Shown here: positions 21,198 through 33,360 of the stretch, in pieces | Layout: each line of letters starts with the position of its first letter | How positions within the stretch are numbered: the first letter of the stretch is position 1 | Assembly (NCBI GenBank): GCA_043228905.1 | Contig: JBHGNT010000010.1 | Span: 12,214,001-12,278,000, forward strand | Origin: Azolla caroliniana | Taxonomy: Eukaryota; Plantae; Polypodiophyta | DNA length: 64,000 nt | Reading direction: 5' to 3' | Program-made: the position numbers and the translations under genes | Notes under the pieces: model-generated | What the model was told of the DNA's origin: nothing | The model's database searches: none | The model's input: the letters and a program-made list of their open reading frames with translations, nothing else

Positions 21198-24100
21198 TGT
21201 AAAAATGAATAGTGTGCGGAAGCAATAGAAAACCAAACACAGAAACACAGATTTAATCAAGATCTTGACAGTACGCGGGAGAGACAAAGAAAGAGCAAAA
21301 CAACATAAATCTATTACAAAACAATAATAGTTCTCTATATTTACAATGTGCTTCAACAACACTATTTATACAAGTCCTAAGAGGACTGACAGAAGTACGG
21401 TGTACTTCAATGCTCACACGAGCGTTTGACACTAACTACGAGTCATTAACTACCTAGCAGTCTAGGTTGCTACTAGGCTTTCAGTTATTGTTGGATCCGG
21501 CTAACCGTCTCCCCAGCTCACCGGCTCACTGATCCGGCTCAGGCTTATTCAGCCGATCCGGATCCGATTGAGCTTACCGCTCAACACTCCCCCTCAAGCT
21601 CAAGTTGAGGTCAGATCGTAGTGTCAGTCTCCATGGCAGCCGATCCTTCCACCCGGCTCCTTCTAGCATCACTCCGCCTCGCTCGCGCTCCTCGTCCGGT
21701 CCGGTCCCATTTGCCACGACCCTTCTGATTTTGCACACCTCGACCTCCTCGGTCGGCTTGTTTGCTCAATAGGCCCAATTCAGGTCCCTCGCTGTTGTGA
21801 CTTCGACGCTTGTCGATCCGTTGATTCCTTCATGTTGGCGTCGACTTCCGCTGCCTTCTCGTATGCTTGGCCATCAGTTGATCCGGTTCTTCCAAATCTG
21901 TATGTTGAACCGAATCGACTGTCTCCAACTCGTTCCAGCTCTTGTCTGAATCGGTCACTCCCAATTCGTCTTCCGGTTCCAGACCCTTCACCACATCGGA
22001 CCATGTCCGGGTCTTGGACTTCTTCTTCTTGTCTCTCCCTTTGTCGGTTCTTCCCTCACCAACACAATTGGTAGTTTCTTTTCCTTTGCTCATTCTCCCC
22101 CTCAAGTGTGGCACGTCGAGATGCTGAACACCAAGCATTTCAGTGAAGTGCTGCAACTTGTCCAATCCGAGCGGTTTGGTGAAGATGTCGGCAACCTACC
22201 GATCCGTATGAACATACCGAAGTTCAACTTCACCGCTAAGGACACGCTCATGCACAAAGTGGTAGTGCACTTCTATGTGCTTTGTGCGAGCATGGAATAC
22301 GGGTTTCTTGGCGAGCTGCATGTTGCTTATGTTGTCGCAGTAGATCAGGATTACGGTTGGCACCTCGATCCGCAGGTCTTGCAGCAGTCGCCGAAGCCAA
22401 ATGGCTTCACAAGTGGCAACGGTAGCGCCCCGGTATTCAGCCTCAGTGCTCGAAAGGGCCACTGTTGGCTGCTTTTTGTTGTTCCACGCAACAATCGCGC
22501 TACCACGGGAAAACATATAGCCAGAGGTGGATCGGCGATCCGATGTATCGCCAACCCAGTTGGCATCGGTGTAGCTGACTAGCTCTTCGGTTATACCATG
22601 CCGGTATAACAGTCCCCGGTCCTTCGTGCCGCTCACATATCGCAAAATTCGATGCGCGCACAGAAGGTGCTCCATGGTCGGCTTCTGCATATATTGGTTG
22701 ATCACGCCGACCGGATAGCTGATGTCCGGTCGGGTGATTGTCAAATATATAAGGCTTTTGACGATTTGTCGAAACCGCTTCTCATCGCAAGCCAGCCCGG
22801 AGTCGGGACGGAGCTTCTGGTTCCGGTTCAGGGGTGTGGAGATCGGTCAGCATTCCGTCATGCCGAACTTGTACAACATACTCAACACATAGTGTCTTTG
22901 TGAGAGCAATATGCCGTCGGGGGTTCGGATCACCTCGATCCCAAGGAAATAGTGAAGGTCCCCCAGGTCCTTCATCTCAAATGCGTCCGACAGCTCAGAC
23001 TTGACTCGGTTGATTTCATCGAGTCCAGGTCCGGTGATGACTAGATCATCAACATACAGCAAGATGCAAGCCGGACCGTTCGGACTTTGCGGAATGAACA
23101 ATGAAGAGTCGGACTTGGAGGCAGCAAACCCCATCTTACGCAACCGATGCGTGATCTTTGCATTCCAAGCTCGGGGGGGGCTTGCGTCAGGCCATAAAGT
23201 GACTTCTTCAGCCGGCATACTGCCGACTTGTTCATCTCCGTCTGGAAACCGGGGGGTTGGTTCATAAAGACCTCTTCTTCAAGATTGCCTTGAAGAAATG
23301 CATACTTCACGTCCATCTGGTGAAGATGCCACCCCCTTTCCGCATCAACCGCTAGCACCACACGAACCATCGTCATCTTCGCTACTGGAGCGAAGGTCTT
23401 GTCGTAATCCATTTCGTGGGTCTGCGCGTATCCCTTCGCCACTAACCGGGCCTTGTACCAGTTAATCGAACCGTTGGCATTGTACTTTACCTTGTACACC
23501 CACTTACATCCGATCAGTTTACAGTGTCGGGGAGGGTCAACTAGGTCCCATGTGTCGTTGGCATCAGGTGCCCGTATTTCTTCCTCCATAGTGGCACACC
23601 AATTCGCGTCCTTTGCCGCTTCTGCGTAGCTCTCCGGCACACGCACTTCCGCCACTTTGGTCATGTATGCATAATGATGCGCCATGTACTCATTATACCC
23701 GTACCGCTTCACGGGGTTCTTCTGGCGGGAAGACCGGCGTAACTTATTGTTGCCCGGTTTGGGGCCCTTCTTGGCCGGTTCGGGCTTTGTTCCCGAAGAT
23801 CCGCCTTCATCCTTCCTGGAGTCGTATTCGCTCCGATCTAACTCAACGTTTCCGGTTTTGTATTCCGGCATCTTCTTCCTCCCCTTCTCTTTGCTCGTGA
23901 ACCATCTCCTCAGTTCCTTGCACGGGGAGACCACGACAGAGTCTCCACTACTTGCCGGTTCCTCATCCCGACTCAGCCGCTCATTCGGTCCACTTATCCA
24001 GAATGAGATCAGACTCTCTTCTAGAATGTCGAAGTCTTCATCTTCTACCTAGACCTGTTCAGGCTCACTAGCCTCATCCTCTGGTATCTGGTCGGGGTTG

Positions 24101-26912
24101 GAAGTCGAAGCCGGTAAGGCATACCATGATGCCGTCTCATCAAACTCAACATCCCGACTAACTCAGACCTGCTTCGATCGGGGGTTATAACACTTATACC
24201 CCTTTTGCTCATGCGAGTAACCGACCAGGATGCATTTCTCCGACTTTGCATCCAACTTCCTTCGCTTCTCATCCGGCACATGCACATATGCAATGGTACC
24301 GAATATCTAAAGGTGTCTCAGATTCGGCTTGCGCCCGAAATACAACTCATGCGCAGACACCTTGTCACCGATCCGGTTTTGGATATAGACGGCCGTCCGG
24401 ACCGCCTCAACCTAGTAGAAATGGGGCATGCTCTTCTCCTCCAGCATTGCCCTTGTCGCGTCGACAATCGACCGTTCTTCCTTTTGGCCACACCGTTTTG
24501 CTCCGGTGTGTATCTACAACTGAACTCTCTCTAAATTCCTTTTTGCTGCAAATAACTGTTGAATTGGCCGGAAAAATATTCTTTTCCACCATCCCATCAC
24601 AGGCACTTGATCTTCCTCTCCATCACAGGCTTTGCAGGTTCCGGAAACACTCGAAGACTTCGCTTTTTCACTCAATGAGGTAGATCCATGTGTGCCGACA
24701 ATAGTCGTCAATGAAGGAGACAAAGTATCGACTCCCGCCAAGACTAACGTTCTATGTCGGTCCCCATACATCCGAATGAATAAGGTCGAGCTTGTTACGG
24801 CTACGGTTTCGTTCGGTGGGGAATGGAAACCGGTGTTGCTTCCCGAGTTGGCAGGCTTCACAAATTTCGGCCTTCCGGCCACTGAACTTCGGCAAACCGA
24901 AAAAAACTTGTTTCGTTTGCAGGTCTTGAAGACTCCGGTAATTGGCGTGGCCGATCCGCTTGTGCCTGAGATCAATATCAGATTCAATCTTCTGTCCTTT
25001 GGCGAACAAAGCGGTGCCGATGTCATTGGTGTCGAGGATAAACATCCTCCCGTCTCTGCACCCTTGCGCAATGATTTGGCCCTCTTCCTCGATGAAGCAC
25101 CCGAGGTGCATAAACCATACCTGCATTCCCTAGTCAACAATCTGTCCAACCGACACCAGGTTCTTCGTGATGGTCGGAACGTGTAATACGTTTATCAGCT
25201 TCCCCCTCTGTCCGACGTGGCTGAAAGGGACTTCTCCGACATGCACGATTGGGTGTGGAGTGTCGTCTCCGGTTTCGACAACTCCTGGTTGTTCCGGTTT
25301 CTCCAAGAAAGAGAACCACTCTTCGTCATGTGATTCGACGCACCGGAATCAATGTACCACACTTCCTCCGATTTGGAAGTGGTCTTCTTCATCGAGTTAG
25401 CCTCGTGTTTCATCACCAAGGCTAGCCCTTTACCGGCTTTTCCGGTTTTGGATCCTCTTGATCCTTCTGCATAGTGCAAGTATTGTCGGTTCTCTCTGTT
25501 GGCCTTGCCGAATCCGGATCTGTCCGAATCGGCACGCTTCTTCCAGCACTCGCTTTCTCTGTGGCCCTTTTTACCACAATACCAGCATTCTGTGTCGGCC
25601 TTTGCTTGCTGACCTCCGGCGCCGCCTTGACTCCCCCTGCTTGTGGAGGGTCCGGAACTGCTATCGGCACGTTCTTTGTGCCTTCAGTCCTAGTCTTGTC
25701 GGTCGCTACCATTGCGAGCCGACCCGCCTCATCCACCACGCCCACGGGGCCGATCCACCTCCGTGTACATCATCCGGTTGTCGGTGGGTCCACTTGTTGA
25801 CGCACCGGTGTGGTTCTCCTCTACAAGGAGCATCGACTGTAAGTCAAAAAATGACGACGTATTCTCCCTTGTACATACTGTCGTTCGGAACGCTCTGAAC
25901 TTAGACGCTAGTCCCCCAAGACAGATCTACACCATCTCATCTTCCTCCACAATGACATTGATAGAGGCAAGTGAGTCATAGATCTCTTTGATTCGGGCCG
26001 TGTAATTGGCTACCGACATGTCCTTCTGCCGGACATTGCTCAACTCTTGTCGGAGTTGTAGCTTCCGGGTCGTAGTGCTTGCCGCAAAAACCTTCTTCAG
26101 GTTTCCCCAAGCTTCTTTTGGCGACTTGGCATCTCGTACATGGCTCAACACTTGGTCTCCGACACTAGACGCAAAGCAATATATCACTCTGCTTGCCACT
26201 TGTTCTCACACTAGGAAGTCCTTGTGTGCCGCATCAGGTGTTGTGTCGTTAGCTCCATCGACATAGCTCCAGTAACCATGCCCAAGCAAGTACTGGTGCA
26301 TCTTGTAAGACCAAGATGCATAGTTGGATCTGTCGAGCTTCTCCACCAGGAGCGAGCGAGCCACTCCTCTGTCCATTTTTGTTTTTCCTGTTCTTTACGA
26401 AGGTTAGGTTTTCTTCTTGAGGTAAGGTCGGGTGCAGAGGTTCTCAACCCTCGCGCTCTGATACCATGTAAAAACGAATAGCGTGCGGAAGCAATAGAAA
26501 ACCAAACAAAGAAACACAGGTTTAATGGAGAGCTTGACATTACGTGGGAGAGATAGAGAAAGAGCAGAACAACATAAATCTATTACAAAACAATAATAGT
26601 TCTCTATATTTACAACGTGCTTCAACAACACTATTTATACAAGTCCTAAGAGGACTGACAAAAGTACGGTGTACTTCAATGCTCACACGAGCGTCTGACA
26701 CTAACTACGATTCATTAACTACCTAGCAGTCTAGGCTGCTACTAGGCTTCCGGTTACTGCTAGATCCGGCTAACCGGCTCACCAGCTCACTGGCTCACTT
26801 GCTGAACAATTCGCTTGCTCACCGGCTCACCGGTCTGGTTGATCCTTCCGGATGCCAATCCGGCTCAGGCTTATTCAGCCGATCCGGATCCGGTTGAGCT
26901 TGCCGCTCAACA
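21198..26912 (-). mobile_element. Ale-like copia B2; complete with two LTRs, frameshifted
   Basis: LTRs 21198-21586 and 26467-26912, Met PBS 26455-26466, PPT at 21587, flanks CATAG/TAGAG; WYIDSGASNH, IHSDVWGP, LYVDD, ALSSTEAEY. Confidence 0.92.
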
Positions 26913-27186
26913 TAGAGCACATATTGTTGACCGATGAGGGGGAGTCGAAAAGCTTCAAAGAAGCAAAGAAAGACACCCACAACCGCAAGTGGTTAAGTTC
27001 CATGCAAGACGAGATGGATTCCCTACATGAGAACCACACATATGAATTTACGGAGTTGCCGAAAAGAAAGAGGGCACTTCGAAATAAGTGGGTGTACAAG
27101 CTGAAACCAGGAGACGTCGGAACTCCACCGAGGTACAAGGCCCGGATCGTAGTGAAGGGTTTCCAACAGAAGAAAGGTGTGGATTT

Positions 27187-27516
27187 TGTTGTTGGGGTGG
27201 GGGGTGAAGCCTTTCTCCCAAGGGGGTTACAATAGAGAGAGAGAGAGAAGGAGAGAGTGAAAATAAGAATGACACCAAAATAAGAGGGAAAAAGTTATTT
27301 ATTACATACCCAATAGGGGGTTTATATAATACATCCGATGTAACGGTTACATGACCGTTATAAATAAGACCGTTACACATTCTTGTACACATGCACATAA
27401 TTGTGCATGTGTCCATACACATACTCATCCTCACACACTCATTTACTTTACACATACACATCAACCACATCATTACACCTACCCTTATGCCTCCCTGTAT
27501 ATTCTTACGGGTAACA
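27187..27516. mobile_element. Solo LTR (330 bp) in the A2 RT region
   Basis: TGTTG..TAACA termini, flanks GATTT/AATTT; splits the GVDF|GEIF motif. Confidence 0.8.
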
Positions 27517-29309
27517 AATTTCGGTGAGATCTTTGCCCCGGTTGTAAAGATGACATCCATCCGGATGGTATTGAGCATAGTGGCAAGCATGGACCTCGAG
27601 GTAGAGCAACTGGATGTCAAGACGGCATTCCTACATGGCGACCTCGAAGAAGAGATCTACATGCATCAACCGGAAGGATTTGAGACGAAAGGGAAGGAGC
27701 ACCTGGTATGCCGACTGAAGAAGAGCTTATACGGATTGACGCAAGCTCCCCAGCAATGGTACCGGAAGTTCGACTCCTTCATGACCGACCAAGGGTACCA
27801 CAAGACGCAAGCTGACCACTGCGTGTTTGTGAAGAAATTTGTAGGAGGCGACTTCCTGATTCTCCTGCTATATGTGGATGATATGTTGATCGTTGGACGA
27901 GACCAAGTCAAGATCCAAATGCTGAAGAAGGCTCTAAACCGGACCTTCTCAATGAAAGATTTGGGTCCGGCAAGACAGATTTTAGGGATGCACATCATCC
28001 AGGACTGGTCGAAGAAGCTGGTGTGGTTATCACAAGAGAAGTACGTGACAAAGGTGCTTCAAAGGTTCAACATGTTGGAGGCGAAACTGGTCGGATCGAC
28101 ACTTCCAGCAAATTGCAAGTTGTCCGAAAAGCAAAGCCTGAAGATAAAGACAAAGAAGTCAGATATGACGAAGATACCATATGCCTCTGTCATTGGAAGC
28201 CTAATGTATGCAATGGTGTGCACCTGGCCGGTATATTGCATATGTTGTCGAAGTAGTCAGTCGGTTCATGAACAATCCCGAAAAAGAGCACTTGAACGTG
28301 GTCAAGTGGATACTTCGGTACTTGAAATGCACCTCGAGTATGTGCCTCTAGTTCGGCTCAGGTAAACCCCAACTTGGTGGATTCACGGATTTGGATATGT
28401 CGGTTGATGCGGATACCAACCGGTCTACATCAACAACGGGGGAGTCGGTCTACATTTGGATATGTCATGACTTATGCAGGGGGAGCCGTATCATGGCAGT
28501 CGAGGCTGCAGAAGTCCGTTGCACTATCAACAACGGAAGCGGAGCATATGGCAGTTGTGGAAGCCGGCAAGGAAGTAATATGGATGAAGGACTTCATCGG
28601 AGACCTAGGGATCCGATAGGAGGAATATTGGCTCTACTGCGATAGTCAAAGTGCCATCCACCTTACTAAGAATGCGGCCTACCATTCCCGGACCAAGCAC
28701 ATCCAGAGGAGATATCATTGGCTTTGGGAGAAGGTAGAAGATCAAGACTTCGTGCTGACGAAGATCCACATGAAGGAGAACAGATCGGATATGCCGATCA
28801 AGGTGCTTTCAACCGACAAGCTAGACGCGTGCCGAAGACAGATCAAATTAAAGAGAAATCCCATGCCGGAGTGAAGGGGGAGTTTTGTTGGGAATTCGGT
28901 CCCTCCGGATGGGATCCGGATGAGAACTGGACGAGCCGGATGAAGGAACCAGATTCAGAAGGGTTTCGGATGAGACCCGGAAACCGGATCGAGTGAATCC
29001 GAATGGATCCGGTGCAAACCGGATCCAAGAACATATGTGTAAATATGTTTCATGGTGTTATCGTACGAGATGTATGGGTGATTGATAAGTGTGATAAGTG
29101 AGGGTGAAAGATGTAATGTGTTGATATGTATGTGTTATGTTATACGATTATGAGTGTGAATGTAAGTGTGAGTGTGGTGGATACAAAGAGGTGTGGGTGA
29201 GTGACTAGGTGTGAATGCCCAAGGGGACTTGCACCCCTATGTATCTACCCTTTTGTAACTATTTAACCCCTTATGGGGAATGAATGAACAGACAATGATC
29301 ATTTCTCTC

Positions 29310-31526
29310 CATCGTGCACCTGAACAAGCCTTCGTGCACCTGAACAAGCTGGCTTTAGACGAGCCTTCTCCACTATTGATCATATCTTCACACTTAGATG
29401 CCTAATTGACCAAACTAAGGCTCGCAAGAAGAAATTATATTGCTGTTTTGTGGACTTCCGCAAAGCCTTTGACACAGTCCCTAGAGAGCGGTTGTTTGAT
29501 AGACTTAAAAGCTTGAGGATACCAGATGATATGGTATGGGCCATCTACGCACTATATGAACAAGTGTCTGGGTGTGTCCGATGCCCAGGTGGCCTATCCA
29601 ATCGTTTCACTAGCACTATTGGTGTAAAACAAGGTTGCCCCCTATCACCGACGCTTTTTGGGATCTACATTGATGAGATCACAGATTTTATTGCTCGTGA
29701 GGGAGGCACTGGAGTGGTCCTTGGGGATATGCAGGTTCGTATCTTGCTCTATGCGGATGACATAGTTTTGCTCTCTGAATCCGAACATGACCTACAAAGG
29801 CACCTTAATGCCTTAGATGACTTTTGTGTACAACGAGGTTTGGTAGTGAATCTAGGGAAAACGAAAGTCCTTATCTTCCACACATCGGTCCAAGTTAGAG
29901 CTAAGTGTCACCTAACTATCTCCCATAGCCCAGTCGAGGTGGTTGGATCGTACGTCTATCTCGGAGTCACTTTTAGTGCCCGCTCAGGTAAATTTTCGAT
30001 GACACAGGCAGCGAAGGATAGACTCACGAGAGGACATGCATCCCTCTCACTCCTAGAGAGACAATGCCACCAAGCACACTTTCAAGAGCCACGGACTAAA
30101 GGGTGGCTCTTTGACTCATTAGTGACCCCCTCCCTCATGTATGCATCAGCGGTTTGGGCTCCAGGATTACCATCCTTCATGTGGACGCAATTAGAGAGAC
30201 CATTGGTGATGATGTTATCACGCCAACTCCGAAGCAAATCGACTATACCACATGACATTATTAGGGCCGAGTTCACGTTACCACCAATGCTAGTAGAGGC
30301 ACTTTTTCAACTTGTAGTCTTCATTGATAGGATACATAGCCAACCACATGATAGAATATCTCATCAAGCCTTTAAGGCCTCTCGATCATTGTATGAGTCC
30401 GGCTATACTAGCTCATGGTATGGCATGATGGTGAGTTGGCTTCTTGCAAATGGTCTAGACATTAATAACCTACCTCCCCTTAGGTACAACCACATGAGTG
30501 ATAACACCTTAATCTCTCATGAGAACCGCAATAAAGTAATACGCCAAGAAATATAGCAAATTTACACTCGGTGTAAATGGATCACCCCACTAGAGCCACT
30601 CCCATCTAAAATGTCGTACTATAAGAAACACTTCATGCACTTCTCTAAGTTAGGTTTTATCACACGGCCAAAATATCTAGATGTATTCTTACCACATGCA
30701 CTAAGGGTTGCCATTGGACAACTTCGAATATCATCTCACCAACTTGAGATTGAAAATGGCCGTACTAGTGGAGTCCCTAGGGAGGAAAGGATATGTAGGT
30801 TATGCCACATAGAGATAGAGGATGAGTACCACTTTACATGCAAGTGTCCAACCTATGCCGAGATAAGGGCAAAATACCAAGACATACTTGGTCCGTCTCC
30901 CACCCTCCCCAAACTATTAGATACTCTAGATATAAAGAAATTAGGCAAATACATTCTAGAGCTAAAACAACACAGAGAGAATAAATTACAAAATGTTGAC
31001 AATAATGTTGCTAATGATCTCGAACATGTAACAAATGCAGTTTTTCAGGAACCTGAGGAGACAACGAATGCCGACACACTTGCACCACTCGGCCTTTCCA
31101 TTGATGAGGCAGAAAACCAGAGAAGAACCAGACGTCCTCGGGTGCTGGGTTTCAAAGCAACTCGACGTGATGTGGAAGCAATATTGAAAATAAGGGAACA
31201 TGAGCTACACCGCCTAGAAGCCATGGTGAGGGCACTCTCTACATTGGAACCCACATCAAGACCCTTTGACCCCCCACTTCTTTTCGAGAGGCTTGGGTGG
31301 AAATAAAATTAGGCTTAGTGTATAGTCACTTTCGAGTATACTACATATTGTACACTACTAGAACTCTTTTAGTTTAAGTTCTATTTTTTTACTTAATTTT
31401 ATTTTAGTTATGATGACTGGATAAATACTCTATTGTTGTAAACCAATTGTCTCATGGGCCAAATTTGGCCTTAGAAGACGTTAATACATCTTTCTTTCTT
31501 TTTCTCTTAATCTCTCTCTCTCTCTC
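29310..31526 (+). mobile_element. 5'-truncated non-LTR retrotransposon (RTE-X-like LINE) with a (CT)n tail
   Basis: RT and C-terminal CCHC region; candidate 12-bp TSD ATCAT(T/C)TCTCTC at 29298-29309/31527-31538. Confidence 0.88.
29330..31306 (+). pseudogene. LINE ORF2 RT plus zinc-knuckle region with one in-frame stop (30554)
   Basis: EQAGFR, VDFRKAFD, GVKQGCPLSPTLF, LLYADD, YVYLGV, RISSHQLEIENGR..ERICRLC..EDEYHF..CP. Confidence 0.9.
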
Positions 31527-33065
31527 ATCATCTCTCTCTCTTTCCTCTCCCTAATGTTGAACCCCCTAGGGAGGGGGGTGGAGCCATTCTAGGCACCAAC
31601 CCCCACCCCACAACGCTTCTCAATGCACATCCCGCACCGATCACCATCTCCATTACTATCATCACACTCACCATGTCTATCTTTATCATAATTATCACTA
31701 ACCCTAACCCTAAAACCGACAACACATGGTGAGCCCATCGAGGCTATATTTGTAAATAGCCCTAAAGTCATATAAGTATAAATATGACTTAGGGCAATCA
31801 CTTTATGTGTGATGTGAGTTGCTGTAGAGATGTTGTATATTGTTGTATATAGAGAGTGAGACATATATATATATACAGAACTAGTTTCTGTTTTGTAACC
31901 GCCATTGGCGAAGGCATAGAGCTCGAGGTCGTTGCCTTTGAGTCTCACATTGTATTCCTCCCCTCATAGTGATGGTTGGAGTCTGTGGGCTCCCGTCGTT
32001 TTTTTTCCCATTTAGGGTTTTCCACGTAAACATCGTGTGTCATCTCGATTTTAGGTTGTTCTCTTCTATCCTTGTTGAAGACTCGGTTGTGGCCGAGCGT
32101 TATTCCCTCACACACACTCACTATTCTCAATAAAACATCGCCATACTCTTACATCCCAAAAAAGGGGGCATATATATACATCCAAGGCTAGGGTTTGGTT
32201 GATCCGTCCCATTTCACACAAGGCTGGCCAATAACAGTGTACTCTAACCCATAAACTAATGGTTTTGTGTGCACTACAACAACCACATACGCCAAAAAGA
32301 GGGTTCAAGAAAAGGGATGCAACATAATTGTCACCAAAGAGGAGGCACATTCGAAATTTCACGAGAACTTATTGGCAACTCCCCAAACAAGACCAAAACA
32401 CACACTAGAAGACTATAGAGAGGTGTTCGTCGTGCTAAGAGGCAGTTGCCAATATGTGAGATTGAGAAGGTTTGGTGTACTTTGCATGGCGATGGCTTGA
32501 CATTGACTTCAAGGGTCTCTAAAATGTTGCAAAATTTTTGGGTGTATTTTGCCAACCACTAAACAAAGAGCTATGATCTTAGAATTTTTATAGTTTTTGG
32601 TAACTAGAAATTTGGTCTCTTCAGAAAATTGGGCCGAGTTATATGCAGGTAGTCGGGTTACATGCAGATGCAAGAGATGGGTTACAAAACAAGGCTACAT
32701 TACATGGTAGGTAGCCCAATTGGAATATTGAATTGTTCGGGTTAGAATAATATGTCAGGTAGGTTAGAAGTGATGGAGGAGGCAGGAAGAAACCTGAGTT
32801 AGAAATGACAAACACAAACACAACAGAGGGAGAAAACCGGGTTAGACATGTCACAGAGGCGAGACAGAAATGAATGGGTGACACATTTTGATAAGATCAT
32901 CAAGGCCATTCATTCATTCATTCATTCGTGAGTGCATTGCACTACACTCAACAATTGAGTATCTGTGAGTCGGAGAGAGGCTTCATCATTCACCTTTCCC
33001 CCCCTCCCCTCCCTATTTATTTATTTATTTATTTATAAGAAATGGTGTTTGTTTTGGTTGCCAAT

Positions 33066-33201
33066 ATGTATGTTATGTATGTATGTATGTATGTATGTAT
33101 GTATGTATGTATGTAGATGGATAGATACGAGCGCCCTCTCCCTCAAATCTGCTTCCATTCCATTCATATTTATTCTTCTATCTATCGCCCACACGTGCAC
33201 G

Positions 33202-33238
<37 letters not shown>
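33066..33238. repeat. (TATG)n and (TA)n microsatellites upstream of PPR gene 1
   Basis: Directly visible at ~33066-33113 and ~33202-33238. Confidence 0.9.
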
Positions 33239-33241
<3 letters not shown>

Positions 33242-33360
33242 AAGGGAGGGTCCGATGATTGAAGAAGCAATGGGGAGTTCCTTCTTCTTCTTCTTCTCTT
33301 AAGCTTCTATGGCTTTATCTCTTTCGCTCCTCCTCCTCCTCCTCCTTTCCTCGAGGTTCC

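Larger units (their letters stand above)
18750..28874 (+). pseudogene. gag-pol of copia A2 with many stops and frameshifts; interrupted at 21198-26912 and 27187-27516
   Basis: WVIDSGAS, LWHKRL, LELVHTDVC, QLDVKTAFLHG, LYVDD, ALSTTEAE. Confidence 0.88.
29056..31724. mobile_element. Solo LTR in the A2 3' LTR, itself interrupted by a LINE
   Basis: TGTTA..CAACA termini with perfect CATGG TSD (29051-29055/31725-31729); telomere-like CCCTAA repeats near the right end. Confidence 0.85.
18315..32112 (+). mobile_element. Tork-like copia A2; full-length but degenerate, with three nested insertions
   Basis: 5' LTR ~18315-18723 (first bases lost), PBS TAGTATCAGAGC at 18727, gag MEESFDGMFKLTGSNY, pol to 28874, PPT, 3' LTR 28886-29055 plus 31725-32112. 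Confidence 0.9.

Noticed and set aside
32113-32640. Possible further element remnant beside the gene island
   Set aside because: No termini, TSD or protein motif that I could support.
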